This document shows positions 39,700 to 52,162 of a stretch of DNA of 64,000 nt, in pieces (within the stretch, counting starts at the first letter, position 1; each line of letters begins with the position of its first letter). The stretch comes from Octopus vulgaris. Its lineage: Eukaryota. Where the stretch lies: positions 28,148,001-28,212,000 of the forward strand of contig OX597822.1 in the NCBI GenBank assembly GCA_951406725.2. The letters run 5' to 3'. Under the pieces are notes generated by a model. That model saw nothing but the letters and a program-made list of their open reading frames with translations, was not told the DNA's origin and searched no databases. A program made the translations under genes and the position numbers.

Positions 39700-41480
39700 A
39701 TGTGTATAAATAGTTGTTTGCGATAATATGGAATAACACTGGTTGTTTACTATCATGTGTTATAAAAATAGCTGTTTACTAAAAAAAAGGTTTTTTCTAG
39801 AAAATCATTTCCTATTTGGAATTATTCAGAGTGAAAAGACCATTGTCAATAACGATCGCTTTTGAGAAAGCGATGATGAAAGCATTTTTGAAAGAATTTC
39901 CTTGTGCAGAACAAAACGGTTGCTTTTTCCTCTTCAGCCAATGTATCTTTCTTGTAATTCAAAGTAATGGTTTAAACGAAAATATGAAACAGACACTAAT
40001 TTTGCTTTAGTGATGCTGATGTTACCAGCATTAGCATTTGTCATAGCAGGCAGGGTAACAAGAGCATTTCAGTTATTATTTCATAACAACATCTTCCCGG
40101 ATGAAGCACAAGAAATCATTGATTATTTCGAGGATACGTGGATTGCAAGGTCTAAAAGAAGGGATGTGCGACGCCTACCTCTCTTCTCACTAAATATGTG
40201 GAATATTTATTTAAGAGTTCTAGATGATTTGCCTAAAACATCTTGAACCAACATGTGCACCATTGTCAATAACGATCGCTTTTGAGAAAGCGATGATGAA
40301 AGCATTTTTGAAAGAATTTCCTTGTGCAGAACAAAACGTTTGCTTTTTCCTCTTCAGCCAATGTATCTTTCCTGTAATTCAAAGTAATGGTTTAAAACGA
40401 AAATATGAAATAGACCCTAATTTTGCTTTAGTGATGAAGATGTTACCAGCATTAGCATTTGTCCCAGCAGGTAGGGCAAATGGAGCATATGAGTTATTAT
40501 TTGATAACAACACCTTCTAGGATGAAGCGCAAACAATCATTGATTATTTCGAGGATACGTGGATTGCAAGGTCTAAAAGAAGGGATGTGCGACGCCTACC
40601 TCTCTTCTCACTAAATATGTGGAATATTTATTTAAGAGTTCTAGATGATTTGCCTAAAACACATAACTTTATCGAAAAATAGCACCGAGCATTCAAAACT
40701 CAAGTTGGGTCTCGTCACCCCAACATTAGGAAATTTATGAACTTTTTACCAAAAAAAGAAAAAGTTTAAGCTAAATTCGGATTAAACAGTGCATTACTGA
40801 AATTGAACCAGAACCTCCAAAGAACGCTTTCGAGATACTGCACAACTTTGTGAAGTAATAAGATATTTTATGTCGTACATTTGATAATTGGTATAGCTAT
40901 TAGCATAACTAATTATCCCTGGTTAGTAATATCATTTTACTACAAATATTTTGTGACATATGGGATAGTCATACCAAATTGCTAATAATTAACGTGCAAA
41001 ATGTTATAATATAAAATAATGTAAAAGAAAACACTATCTAACTACCATAAATTTTAATGACGTAACGCACCTCAATTGGTTGAAATATATTTTCCGTTTT
41101 CTTCATTTTGCAAATACCGAAACTGGAAAACTGATAAAAACAACCATTACTGCATCAGCCGTCAGAAGTATTTAGCAGAACTGAAATATATAGAATACAC
41201 AAATCAGCAAAATTAACAAATTTTACTCTTGGAATCACTTAATTCTCCGACTTTTCAAAGCTTCATGAGGTTATCAATTACTTTTTCTATCAGGTAAATT
41301 AAATATTATTTACTTAATGGTAACTGTTCGTTATAAATTCTAGTATTCAAATTTTTTTTCTTATGTAATGCTTTGAAATGAAATTTCAGCACCGTTTTCA
41401 AAGTATACTATCCGTATATTTCTGTGGTGCACAGGCGTGAATTTGCAGTTAACAAATAATTCTCCGGTGTGTTAGTCAAC
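39700..41480 (+). mobile_element. Mutator-like (MULE) transposon remnant with 420-bp internal tandem duplication
   Basis: ITIAFEKAMMKAF..FP..CFF.FSQCI, MLPALAFVP and IIDYFEDTWI motifs; unit repeats at 39841 and 40261. Confidence 0.85.
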
Positions 41481-41516
41481 AATATACACATATATATACA
41501 CATAAATATATAGAAA

Positions 41517-41548
<32 letters not shown>

Positions 41549-41581
41549 CAAATATGTGTGTATATATATATATATATACAA

Positions 41582-41614
<33 letters not shown>

Positions 41615-41719
41615 CAAATATGTATACACATATATACAAATATATGTATATATATATATGCACATATATATACACATATATATATATATATACAAATATA
41701 TATTTATACACACACACAC

Positions 41720-41764
<45 letters not shown>

Positions 41765-41867
41765 TATGTATTTATACACACACACTCATATATATATACA
41801 CGCATACATATAAATATTTATACACACACACACACACATATTCATATATATATATATATATATATAT

Positions 41868-42960
41868 ATCTTTATATATATATAAAACTGAGAATGTGTG
41901 TCTGTCTGTCTGTGTGTTTCCCTAAAACTTGAGAACTACACAACCAATTTCATTCAAATTTTACACATACCTTTCTTAGGGCCCATGTAGTTTCATGGGC
42001 AAAAAATGGTTCAACTTCTCGCCTAAGGTTAGCCTATAACAATATCATATCTTCTCCACTATTTCAGTATTACGTGTTAAAAGTGAAGCAAAAGCATTTC
42101 TCTATTTTATGTATAATATAATCGTAACATAACAAAAGTAAAAGTAGCAATTGGTATAAAATTGCATCAATGACTTGAACTTGAATAAGTAGTTTCACAT
42201 GAATGGGAATAAATTAAAAATAAAATTAGCATGCAGAAATGGAATAGTCCAGATGGACTATTATACATAAAGGACTATAGCTTCAACGGCGTACTGCTTT
42301 TTGATTCACTGTTTAACTATTGTTATCACGTTTGTTGGTTCCTCGTAAAGGAAACGTTGTTGTGTTGCATTTGTTAAATATTTGTAAACTGTAACCCTCC
42401 ACCTTTGGGAGAAGGAGCTTTGGTTATTGTTTAAAAATTGAATTGTGTCTCTTTTGGGGGAAATTGACAATATTTTCACCGTTTATACGGAAGCATTTTT
42501 GTTAGAATGCCTTCGATAGAAGAAAGTCCAAAAATAAATTTCGCTGCAGCCGTCGGCGGGCGCGAACTCATTGAAATTAAAATGGAAGAAATACAAACCT
42601 ATTTCGGATTGATCACCGACTAAGACGATGAATCTAGGATAACATCACCAAGCGAAATAAAAAGTTAAATTAAAGAAAAGACTATTGTCTATAAAGTATA
42701 CAATACAGAGAAAAAAAACACCTGGAGGAAAACACCATCGAAAAGTGTCTTGGTGCGACTATGAAAGATATCTAACCAGAGGCGGTAAATTCGCCACAAT
42801 AGAAGCAAGGTTCGAGTCAACGGAGCGTCCAAGGGAGTACCCGACTCCAACCTTGCAAAGTGGAAATATTTTATTTTCACCTTTATATCTTGGACGGAGG
42901 ACGAGCCTACAATTCCAGTCTGTTATATATTTTGAGTATTGTTATCACTAGCGATATCAA
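41868..42960 (+). mobile_element. Helitron-like non-autonomous element (5' part)
   Basis: TCtttatatatataaaactgagaatgtgtgtctgtctgtc 5' signature; 3' limit uncertain. Confidence 0.55.
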
Positions 42961-43226
42961 GATATAACTTTGTATTTTGTATTTTATGTGTAGATGTATA
43001 TATATAAGAAACATTGAGTTTCTAAATCTCTCGTAGAGAGGTGTACGGTGGTGGAGCGATATAATGGTTGTATACTGTCAATCTAACAAGAACGTGACAG
43101 TAGGGGGTACACCACCGTTATATAGCCCTAGGAGGCATCGAACGCCTCCTGACAGCTTCGACACATTTTATCCTGTGTCCTTATATACACATACGAAGGG
43201 GAGACAAACACCCCCAACCGCCGGAA

Positions 43227-43284
43227 CTGCATCTAGGGACACCGTGTTTCAGGATCATTGTCCTTGATCAGCCTAGAGTAGCAG
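43227..43284 (-). ncRNA. Type-I hammerhead ribozyme, copy A
   Basis: Minus strand CUGC uac UCUAGG-CUGAUCA-AGGA caauga UCCU-GAAACACGGUGUC-CCUAGA u GCAG; GUC cleavage triplet; G8->C. Confidence 0.75.
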
Positions 43285-43442
43285 ACACCGGTCAGCTGGC
43301 GATATCTGTCTCGACTTCGTATTTGTATATATCTATAGTCAGTGAAGTCTATTCACTGATTATCAAAATAAGAAATATTGAGTTTCTAAATCTCTCGTAG
43401 AGAGGTGTACGGTGGTGGAGCGATATAATGGTTGTATACTGT

Positions 43443-43500
43443 CTGCTACTCTAGGCCGATGAAGGTCAATGATCCTGAAACACGGTGTCCCTAGATGCAT
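43443..43500 (+). ncRNA. Type-I hammerhead ribozyme, copy B
   Basis: UCUAGG-CCGAUGA-AGG ucaaugau CCU-GAAACACGGUGUC-CCUAGA; predicted cleavage after 43489; U4->C. Confidence 0.75.
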
Positions 43501-43749
43501 TTCCGGCGGTTGGGTGTGTTTGTCTCCCCTTCGTATGTGTATATAAGTACACAGGATAAAATGTGTCGAAGCTGTCAGGAGGCGTTCGATGCCTCCTAGG
43601 GCTATATAACGGTGGTGTACCCCCTACTGTCACGTTTTTGTTAGATTGACAGTATACAACCATTGTATATATATAGATGTACATGTAATATGTACATATA
43701 TATACATGCATTAGCACTATGACCCAGCAACGATGGGTCATAATGCCAG

Positions 43750-43782
<33 letters not shown>

Positions 43783-44929
43783 GTATGTATGTATTATGTT
43801 TGTATAAAAAATATATATAAAAATACAAAATGGGACAAGAACGCAAAACATTCAAATTGACGAAACAAAAAGCGAACGGCCTCTAATCTTCAGTCCAGAA
43901 CCGGATCATTCTCGCAATTTTGGCTGGTTAATCCTGAGAGTGCTCCGATCTGGCCAGCTCCAAGGAAAAACTAAGCTACGAGCATTAGATTTCTTGGAAA
44001 AAGGATCGAATATATACGAAACAAGGACAGAAAAACGGACGATGTTACACGAATATAAATACAAAACAAAACAAAAAATAATACCAATATAAATACAAAA
44101 AACAATAATAATAATAATAACAAGACAAAATCAACAGGCGTCTTTCGACTTTAGACAGTTCAACTTAGCTGGTATGTGCAGAATTATTATTCGTAATGAT
44201 CTCGTCATACTCAAAATGGGCTTAAAGTGTATTCACAGGTTGCACAATAATCAGCATGCTGCTTACTAACGACGTGGAAAAGACGACCACGGTATCGCTA
44301 TTGTTGCTGTCTCCCTTCCCTTATATTCCAGAAATTGCTCCTTCTCAGGCTGTCGTTTTCAGGATGAACAATTTTGTGACAAGCGTTCTTATATATATTT
44401 AAGGATCTATGGTTATAAATTCTACTCTCAGTGACGTGTATTTGTTTTCCAAATTCTCAACTCGTTATTAGTTATGATATGAGAACATCCATTGGAAATT
44501 AAAAAATATGGGCCCTGGACTTGTAACGGCGAGTTTTCTCCCGTTATACTGTAACTTTTTATGAGACGTGCCTGAGAATTCAAAAGAATACAAGCAACTA
44601 ATATTCTAACACGGAGATGAAGCCACAGAATCGAAAAACAAATCCCATTTAAAGTCACCATAATCATCGAATGTTTTCCACATTTACTACTTACGTCTTT
44701 AGTACCATTACGAAATGATTTTATTTCAAATTTTACCTTACGTATTTTGTTTGAAATATATAAAACTTTTTTTGCGTTCTTGCCTCATATGTATATTTAC
44801 GAAATTCCGTTATAATGTAAGTTGATATCAAGTTTTTTCGTTATTATACTGTTTCTTTCGTAAATTTTGTTAAACATCATCTGAATACGGTTTTCGTATA
44901 AAAAAAACCAAAAGCAACAATGCTTTTGT

Positions 44930-44949
44930 TTTTTTTTTATCTTTTACAG
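44930..44949 (+). promoter_or_regulatory. Putative 3' splice acceptor upstream of GPCR copy 1 (paralogous site at 47770-47796 for copy 2)
   Basis: Polypyrimidine tract plus cag, followed by similar attcattcaa(t/c)gga sequence in both copies. Confidence 0.55.
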
Positions 44950-45044
44950 ATGCAACAGTTATTAAACGATTCATTCAATGGAATATCTTGTTACTATTTC
45001 AAGAAGAAATAGTCTCAATATAGATTGACATTAAATCAAATATA

Positions 45045-46316
45045 ATGTTAATTCGTTGTGTAAATTATTTGAAAATATATTCAACATGGTACACCACTTC
45101 CCGAATCTCTTTCAGATTTTTTTTTGCTTTTGCGAATGAAGTCATTAAACAGTCATATTGTTTGGTAGAAACTTGTGATGCTGAAAGTTTGCAACGAAGA
45201 TGTTCTTGTCATCATCATAATAAAACTGTTGAATTATTAAATGCATCCACTGAAAAAAACTATATTAAAGAATTGTCCCCTTGTTCGCATGGATTTGTTT
45301 ATGATGAACTAAAGAATGAATGCCGACGAGTTAAATTTAATTCTGTGTTAAATTGTACAACTAAAAGGCTAGAGGAATCGGAATATCATTTTACTAGTGA
45401 TGGGTTTCTATATCTGAATTCTTCCCAGACATGGCTAAACCAGTCAGAGTTCAGTCGAGATCCTCAAGGCATAAGTATCTGTGTAAATGATCATGAGACA
45501 AGAGGGCAGATAGGGGTTTTATTTTCTCTGATGTATATCGGATTATTGTCCTCCGTTGTAGCAATATTCATAACTATTACAGTCTATCTCTGTATACCAG
45601 AACTCCGTACATTACCAGGTAAACTAATCATGGGACTGTTGTTGTCCATGTTTGTAATCGAATTTTTTTTCTTCATCGTCAGGTATACAAAAATTCGAAT
45701 ACCGTGTTTTGTATTACAGCCATTGTTGCATTATTTAATACTAACACCAGTCCTCTGGATGAATGTCATATCATTTGATGCCTTGTACACGTTCTCAGGA
45801 ATTATAAAATTTCCAGTTGCAGGAAAACAAGGGAAGAGGTTTATCTTCTATTCTTTATATGCTTGGATAACTCCACTTGCAATTGTGATAGTGGCACTGC
45901 TATTTTCGCTGAACATTTCTCCTAAAACCCCGCGTGAATATATTCTTTGTTATCTTAAGGACTTGATTTTCAAGTGGCTTTTTGCATTTCCTGTAATAAC
46001 AATTTTATCAATTAATACGTTGATGTTTTTCATTACCGCCATATGTCTTTATTTAGCTAGAAAAAGCTCATCAAAATATCTTGGACTACGTAAGAAAACA
46101 GGATTTATGATTTATTTTAAACTAAGCCTTATTATGGGTTTCACTTGGGTTTTTATACCAATATTTGGCTATGCCGATATGCATGACGCAATCACTATAT
46201 GCGTCACATTAAATTCTTATGTCGGTTTAATAATTTGTATTACATTTTTATCAACGAAAGCCGTTAGACGTCATTTCAAACAAGCATGCTGCAAATTATT
46301 TCACGAAACAAAATAA
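45045..46316 (+). CDS. Methuselah-like / secretin-class 7TM GPCR, copy 1 (short ectodomain; homologous ATG at 45086 is out of frame)
   Basis: Seven hydrophobic segments; ELRTLPGK, LHY..WMNVISFD, RFIFYSLYAW and YFKLSLIMGFTW motifs typical of Mth-like receptors. Confidence 0.85.
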   Translation: MLIRCVNYLKIYSTWYTTSRISFRFFFAFANEVIKQSYCLVETCDAESLQRRCSCHHHNKTVELLNASTEKNYIKELSPCSHGFVYDELKNECRRVKFNSVLNCTTKRLEESEYHFTSDGFLYLNSSQTWLNQSEFSRDPQGISICVNDHETRGQIGVLFSLMYIGLLSSVVAIFITITVYLCIPELRTLPGKLIMGLLLSMFVIEFFFFIVRYTKIRIPCFVLQPLLHYLILTPVLWMNVISFDALYTFSGIIKFPVAGKQGKRFIFYSLYAWITPLAIVIVALLFSLNISPKTPREYILCYLKDLIFKWLFAFPVITILSINTLMFFITAICLYLARKSSSKYLGLRKKTGFMIYFKLSLIMGFTWVFIPIFGYADMHDAITICVTLNSYVGLIICITFLSTKAVRRHFKQACCKLFHETK

Positions 46317-46799
46317 TATTCATGAAATGAATTTGATTTAATCATTTCACCGCACACAAATCACAAGTATAGTCAAGTTTTTCCTACACCTAACGGATCT
46401 GTTACTACACGCTCAGAATACCATAAAAAACCTCAACAGTCAAAAGTTATATTGTTTTTATGTTATTTCTCCATTAAAAATAATGATCCCGCTACGAAAT
46501 AATATACCCGAACACAAACACCGCAAACATCATTCCTCAATCAATTTGTAGCCGAAAAATATACGCCGCTTTCACCCTCAAGAGTGATGCCTAACTAATA
46601 CAGTTACATACCCAACAATCACATGAACTGAAAATAGTCTCAAAACCAAGTGTACATAGTTAAATGGAAACACTTTTAAATTGCCGCTTAATTCAATGTT
46701 TCTACAGAGTACATCAAAAGAGAAGGAATATCCGAAAGTAAACTGTAGTTACAAGATTCAGAGATTAATTATTTTTGGTTGCTTGAATCATTTGATTGC

Positions 46800-47410
46800 C
46801 ACTCACGATTTGGTGGTGATTACATAATACAGTCCCTTCATGAGCCTATTAGTGTAGTCTGGTGGATATGGTGCAATGCCTAAGGATTGGAAGGATGCAA
46901 TTATTCTTCCTCTCTATAAAGGAAAAGGAACCAGAATAATGTGTGGTAACTACAGAGGTATTGCTCTACTATCACCTGCCGGCAAGGATCTGGTAAAGGA
47001 ACAATGCATATTATTTTCACAGCAAGACAGATGCAGGAGAAATGTTGTTAGCAGAATATAGGTCGTGTCCAGGTATTCATTGATTTAACCAAAACTCTGA
47101 TACTGTACATAGGGCATTACTATGGAAAATACTCGGCAAACTTGGATGCCCGTGTCACTTTATATCTTTAATTAAATCATTTCATGATGGGATAGAGGCT
47201 TGGGCCAATGTTAGTAGTGGCATGGCGGGAACGATTACAGCAGAGAATAGTGTCAAGCAGGGTGACATCCTTGCCCCAACTTTTTCTTGCTACTTTTACT
47301 CATGCTTTTGCTAAGGTTAGACCTCTAGGAATAAATGTCAGGTATCGATCGTCTGGACGCCTCTTTAATCTACACCGATTTGCTGCCAATTCAAAATTTT
47401 CCACTCTGTG
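46800..47410 (+). mobile_element. RTE-like LINE reverse transcriptase fragment
   Basis: MPKDWKDAIILPLYKGKG..CGNYRGIALLS..GK, FIDLTK and VKQGD remnants. Confidence 0.85.
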
Positions 47411-47991
47411 ATTTGTCACTTATAGAATGGATGTGTGCAAATACTTATGATTTTTTCAGAAAATCCGCTCAGGGCTGTTAAACGGAAAATACTATTTTAC
47501 AAAACTATTACCACCCATGGACGGTAATATGGAAGTAAAATATTTCACGTATGAAAACCAAAAATATTCTCAAAAACCATATTTATTTCATACAATTCCA
47601 TTGAACTTCTATCAATTCGGTTTTGAGATATATAGGCATAAAAGATTGAAAGAGCCTTAAAAGAAGTAGCATATTAAAAAATATTCTGAAGCGAACAATG
47701 GATCTATTAGAAAATATTGAAAATTAAACATTAATATATTACTTAGTTTTTGTTAAACAAAATCTTAATGTATTCTTTCTTTCTTTCTTTTAACAGAGAC
47801 GATATGTGCGACGTAATTCATTCAACGGATCATCCTCATATTATTTAGTAAATCTTAATTATATGTCCATATTTGCTAATAGAAATATAGACTGAATATA
47901 CCATGAACAAAATCAAATTTTGGATGCTGCAAATGTAATGAGACATAAATACTTTTAAATTATAGGTGGCTCTATAAAATATATATTCAGC

Positions 47992-49898
47992 ATGAAACAT
48001 CATTTCTGGAATCTCTTACACATTCTGCTGATAGCTTTTGGAAACCACGTTATCCGGCTTTCATATTGTTCGGTGAAAAATATTGAATGTTATCCTTCAC
48101 TTTGTGATACAGAAAGTTTGCAAAGATGTTCTTGTCATAAATATTGTAATCTATATAATGAATGTTGTTCAGACATAATTAATGAAACAATAAGTGACCA
48201 TGGAACCCCATCAGTGGATTATAGTTGCAGGAAAATTAGTGATAATAAATTAGAAAGTTATTTTCTATTTGATCGCTGTCCAAGCAACCATTCAGTTACA
48301 GAACACCTTACCTATTGTGAAACACCGAATGAAAATGACCAATTATACAACATACCTGCTCTGGGAAAACGAACTAAAAGACTTTACAGGAATTTGTTCT
48401 GTGCTCTGTGCAACGGTGAAGAATACATATTATGGACAGTTCACTACAAATGCAATCATCAGATAGATATAGATTTATCAAACTTCCCTCGCATATTGAG
48501 AAATAATCATTGTAATGTATCGATAGAAGCGCCATTGAACTTTAGCGATTACCAATATCCATGCACTGATTATGTTTCAAGTTGTCCCACAAAATTTACC
48601 AATGCATCTTTAGATTCTCCTTGTATGTTTGAACCAATGGCTATTGTCAGATCAAATGGGACTAGTTTTAGAAACATTCACTGCGCAATTTGTAATGGTA
48701 TTGGTATTAATAATATTGAGTGCAACGTGACGATCTCTTCAAAAATATCACATGGAAAGAAGGAGTACAGACAAATAGCAATATTTAACTATAATCATAA
48801 CACAGTTGAACTATTAAATGCAAATAATGAAAAAGTATATTTGAAAGAATTGCCATATTGTTCACCTGGATTTCTTTACGACGAACTGAAGATTGAATGC
48901 CGACAAGTTGACTTTAGTTTCATCTTAAATTGTACCACCGAAAGATTAAAAGAGTCTGAGTATTCTTTCAATCTTGATGGATATATCTATCTGAATTCTT
49001 CCAGAACGGTGCTAAACCAGTCAGAATTCATTCGAGATCCCCAAGGTATTAGTATTTGTGTAAATAATTATAAGAGAAAGGCAAGTATGGTTCCTGAAAT
49101 GTACCTTGTATTTACGGGAACATTGTTCTCCAGTGTAGCTCTAATCATCACTATTACGGTCTATTTCTGTATACCAGAACTCCGTACATTACCAGGTAAA
49201 CTAACCATTGGACTTTTATTCTCAATGTGTGCAACAGAGTTTGTATATTTCATCAGACTTGTTATAAAACGTCGATTGGTGTGTAACGTAGGCGATATAT
49301 TGTTGCATTATTTCGTGTTAGCGTCTGCTTTTTGGATGAATGTTATTTCATTTGATGCTTCATATGTATTTTCAGGAATTATAAAGTTTCCAGTTGCAGA
49401 AAAACAAGGGAAGAGATTTATCTTTTATTCTTTATATGCTTGGATGTCTCCACTTATATATTTGTCATTGCAACATTGATATATTTGCAGTACCATTCTC
49501 CTAAAGATCCAGTGGAATATATGTTTGTTGGTATGAGAAATGAAATTCCGAAGTGGCTTCTTGGAGTTCCGCTGATAACACTTTTATCAATGAATGCATT
49601 GATTTTCCTCGTCACAGTTGTGGGTCTCTGTTTAGCTAGGAAAAACTCATCCAAATCTCTTGGAGTACGTACAAATATCGGAATTATGATTTATTTTAAA
49701 TTAAGCCTTATAATGGGATTAACATGGTATATAATACCAATATTTGGCTTTGCCGAAATGTACGACTTTTTCGTGATCAGCTTAATTGGGAATGCGTATG
49801 TCGGTTTAATAATTAGTATTACATTCTTGACAACGAAAGTCGTTAGACGCCATTTCAAAGAATCGTGCTGCAAATGTTGGTACAAAATGCATTCTTAA
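47992..49898 (+). CDS. Methuselah-like 7TM GPCR with signal peptide and Cys-rich (somatomedin-B-like) ectodomain, copy 2; one frameshift at ~49458
   Basis: ORFs 47992..49479 and 49440..49898 join into one protein colinear with copy 1. SMB-like CSCHKYCNLYNECCSD; repeated YRNLFCALCN / FRNIHCAICN motifs. Confidence 0.88.
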
Positions 49899-50733
49899 TT
49901 ATGAAATTAATTGATTTCATCGTATTACACTATATAAGTTAGGTGTTCAACTAAATCGTATGAGTCGCCAATTACCACCCACCCACTTGGTATAACTATA
50001 CACTCTTCAACTCTCATCACATTAATGTATGAATGTATGTTATTTCTCTCTAAAATATTGCTTCCCGAATCAGAAAATATAGTCCAAAACAAACTCCTAG
50101 AGGTGTCATTCATTATTCAATTGGTAACAGAAACAATTCCACCCAAACCATCCCACCGTCCTCTGGATTGCTGTTTGTCCAATGAAGTAGTATATCGATC
50201 AACGTAAGAATTCAAAACGACGTCAAAGGTGAATATACCAAAAATGAGAATACGGTGCTAATTGCCGCTTCCATCAACGTCTTCACTCGTTAGATCAAGG
50301 GAGAGGGAAAATCCAAAATACATACGGATCAAAAGGAGTCTTTGTGAAATCATACTTGGTCGGGTGAATTATTCAGCTGCTTCCTCCCCATAACGGAAAG
50401 AAACGAGGAGCTGACCGACTCTTTGCAGAAAGTTCTATCACGAAACAAATATTCCCTGATAATTCTTCTCAGTTGATTTCACAATTCATCTAAGGTCCTA
50501 CGTGATATCGTTTGAAAAATAGCTTATACATACGTCTCAGCATCTGGGAATATCCGTGTAAAGTTGGATTGAAATGTTCACTGTTTCTCATGTATAAGAT
50601 ATAGCAAGAGATACCTTTCGCTTGTCAGTTTGTGGCACTTTACTTTCCAGTATGTGGCACTGAAGCGGACATAACAACTCCGAAATGTATGATTCCATCA
50701 GCCTGGTTAGGGGACCTTACGAACTTAATTATC

Positions 50734-50772
<39 letters not shown>

Positions 50773-50775
50773 TTT

Positions 50776-50847
50776 ATAATAATAATATGATTAATAATAA
50801 TAATATTAATGATAATAATGATAATAATAATAATAATAATAATAATG

Positions 50848-50914
<67 letters not shown>

Positions 50915-50931
50915 TAATAGTTATAATAATG

Positions 50932-50996
<65 letters not shown>

Positions 50997-51003
50997 AAGA
51001 AGA
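50776..51003. repeat. (AAT)n-(AAG)n microsatellite
   Basis: Trinucleotide runs. Confidence 0.97.
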
Positions 51004-51059
51004 AATAATTTTCCCAAATTACAAGTAAAAATTCAATATAATAATACTGAATCAAGTTT

Positions 51060-52101
51060 CACATGTATATGAATTATAGAAGAACGACCATATAGCAATT
51101 CAGCAATGACATACTTAAATCATATCATATAGAAAAAATTAAAGATACGATAAAACGCTTACCTAGAAATAAATAGAGTACGAAATAATAAATAAATATT
51201 ATATAAATTGTAAATATACTACACGTGTTTCGGGATTGTATTTTCAAGTTGATAACAATAAAATCAATTCAGTTTAAATATTTTCACTCATCAGGTCTAA
51301 GATAAAAACTATGAAGTAATTAAATAAATGTACGTATATTATCTTAAAGATAATATAAATATATATAAAAATACGTACATTTACAATAGAAAATCGAACA
51401 AAATTCATCAATATCTCTTAAAATAAAAACATGAAATATCTTCTGGAATATATTCTGTTAACTAAATGTTTCAACTTAATACATAGGTCTTAGTGTTTAC
51501 ATAAATTTATCTCGTTAAAAGCGTGGTGTAAATTAAAATAGAATAAATATATAGAAATATATATTTTATCTATAAAAATATATTTTAGCTTATAGAAGAA
51601 AATAGCAAATTATAATACACCATTACTGGAAAATTAAAATACACGTAATTAAAACAAAATATATATAATACATAATATACATTAAGTGAAGCTAAAATAC
51701 TATAATTTAATCTATATACATTAAAATATTTATTTATGTCTATATTTAATAAACATCTAAGTTTTTATCTTATTCCAATTATGTAATATATACTAAAAAA
51801 CTACATGCTGACTTATATACATAATGCTAATACAAACTATAACTACAAGAATTAAAACAGAAATATATGCACACAAATTAGTAAATTATTATATAATTAA
51901 TTCAATTTATGTATAGGTTTAATACTTCACTCATTTATAAAATTAACCAAAGTTTCTATTATTGTTTAAAATATTTAATTACATGCAATATTACATAACA
52001 AAAACAAAATTACTACCTATTCAATAAGATTTTGTCTTACGAAATTATTTCCCAGTGTAAATTATATGTAATATGTTAAGATTATAGTTTACAAGATAAT
52101 A

Positions 52102-52162
<61 letters not shown>

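Noticed and set aside
43064-43855. Two ORFs sharing MVVYCQSNKNVTVGG..
   Set aside because: A consequence of the inverted duplication; the peptide has no known motif.
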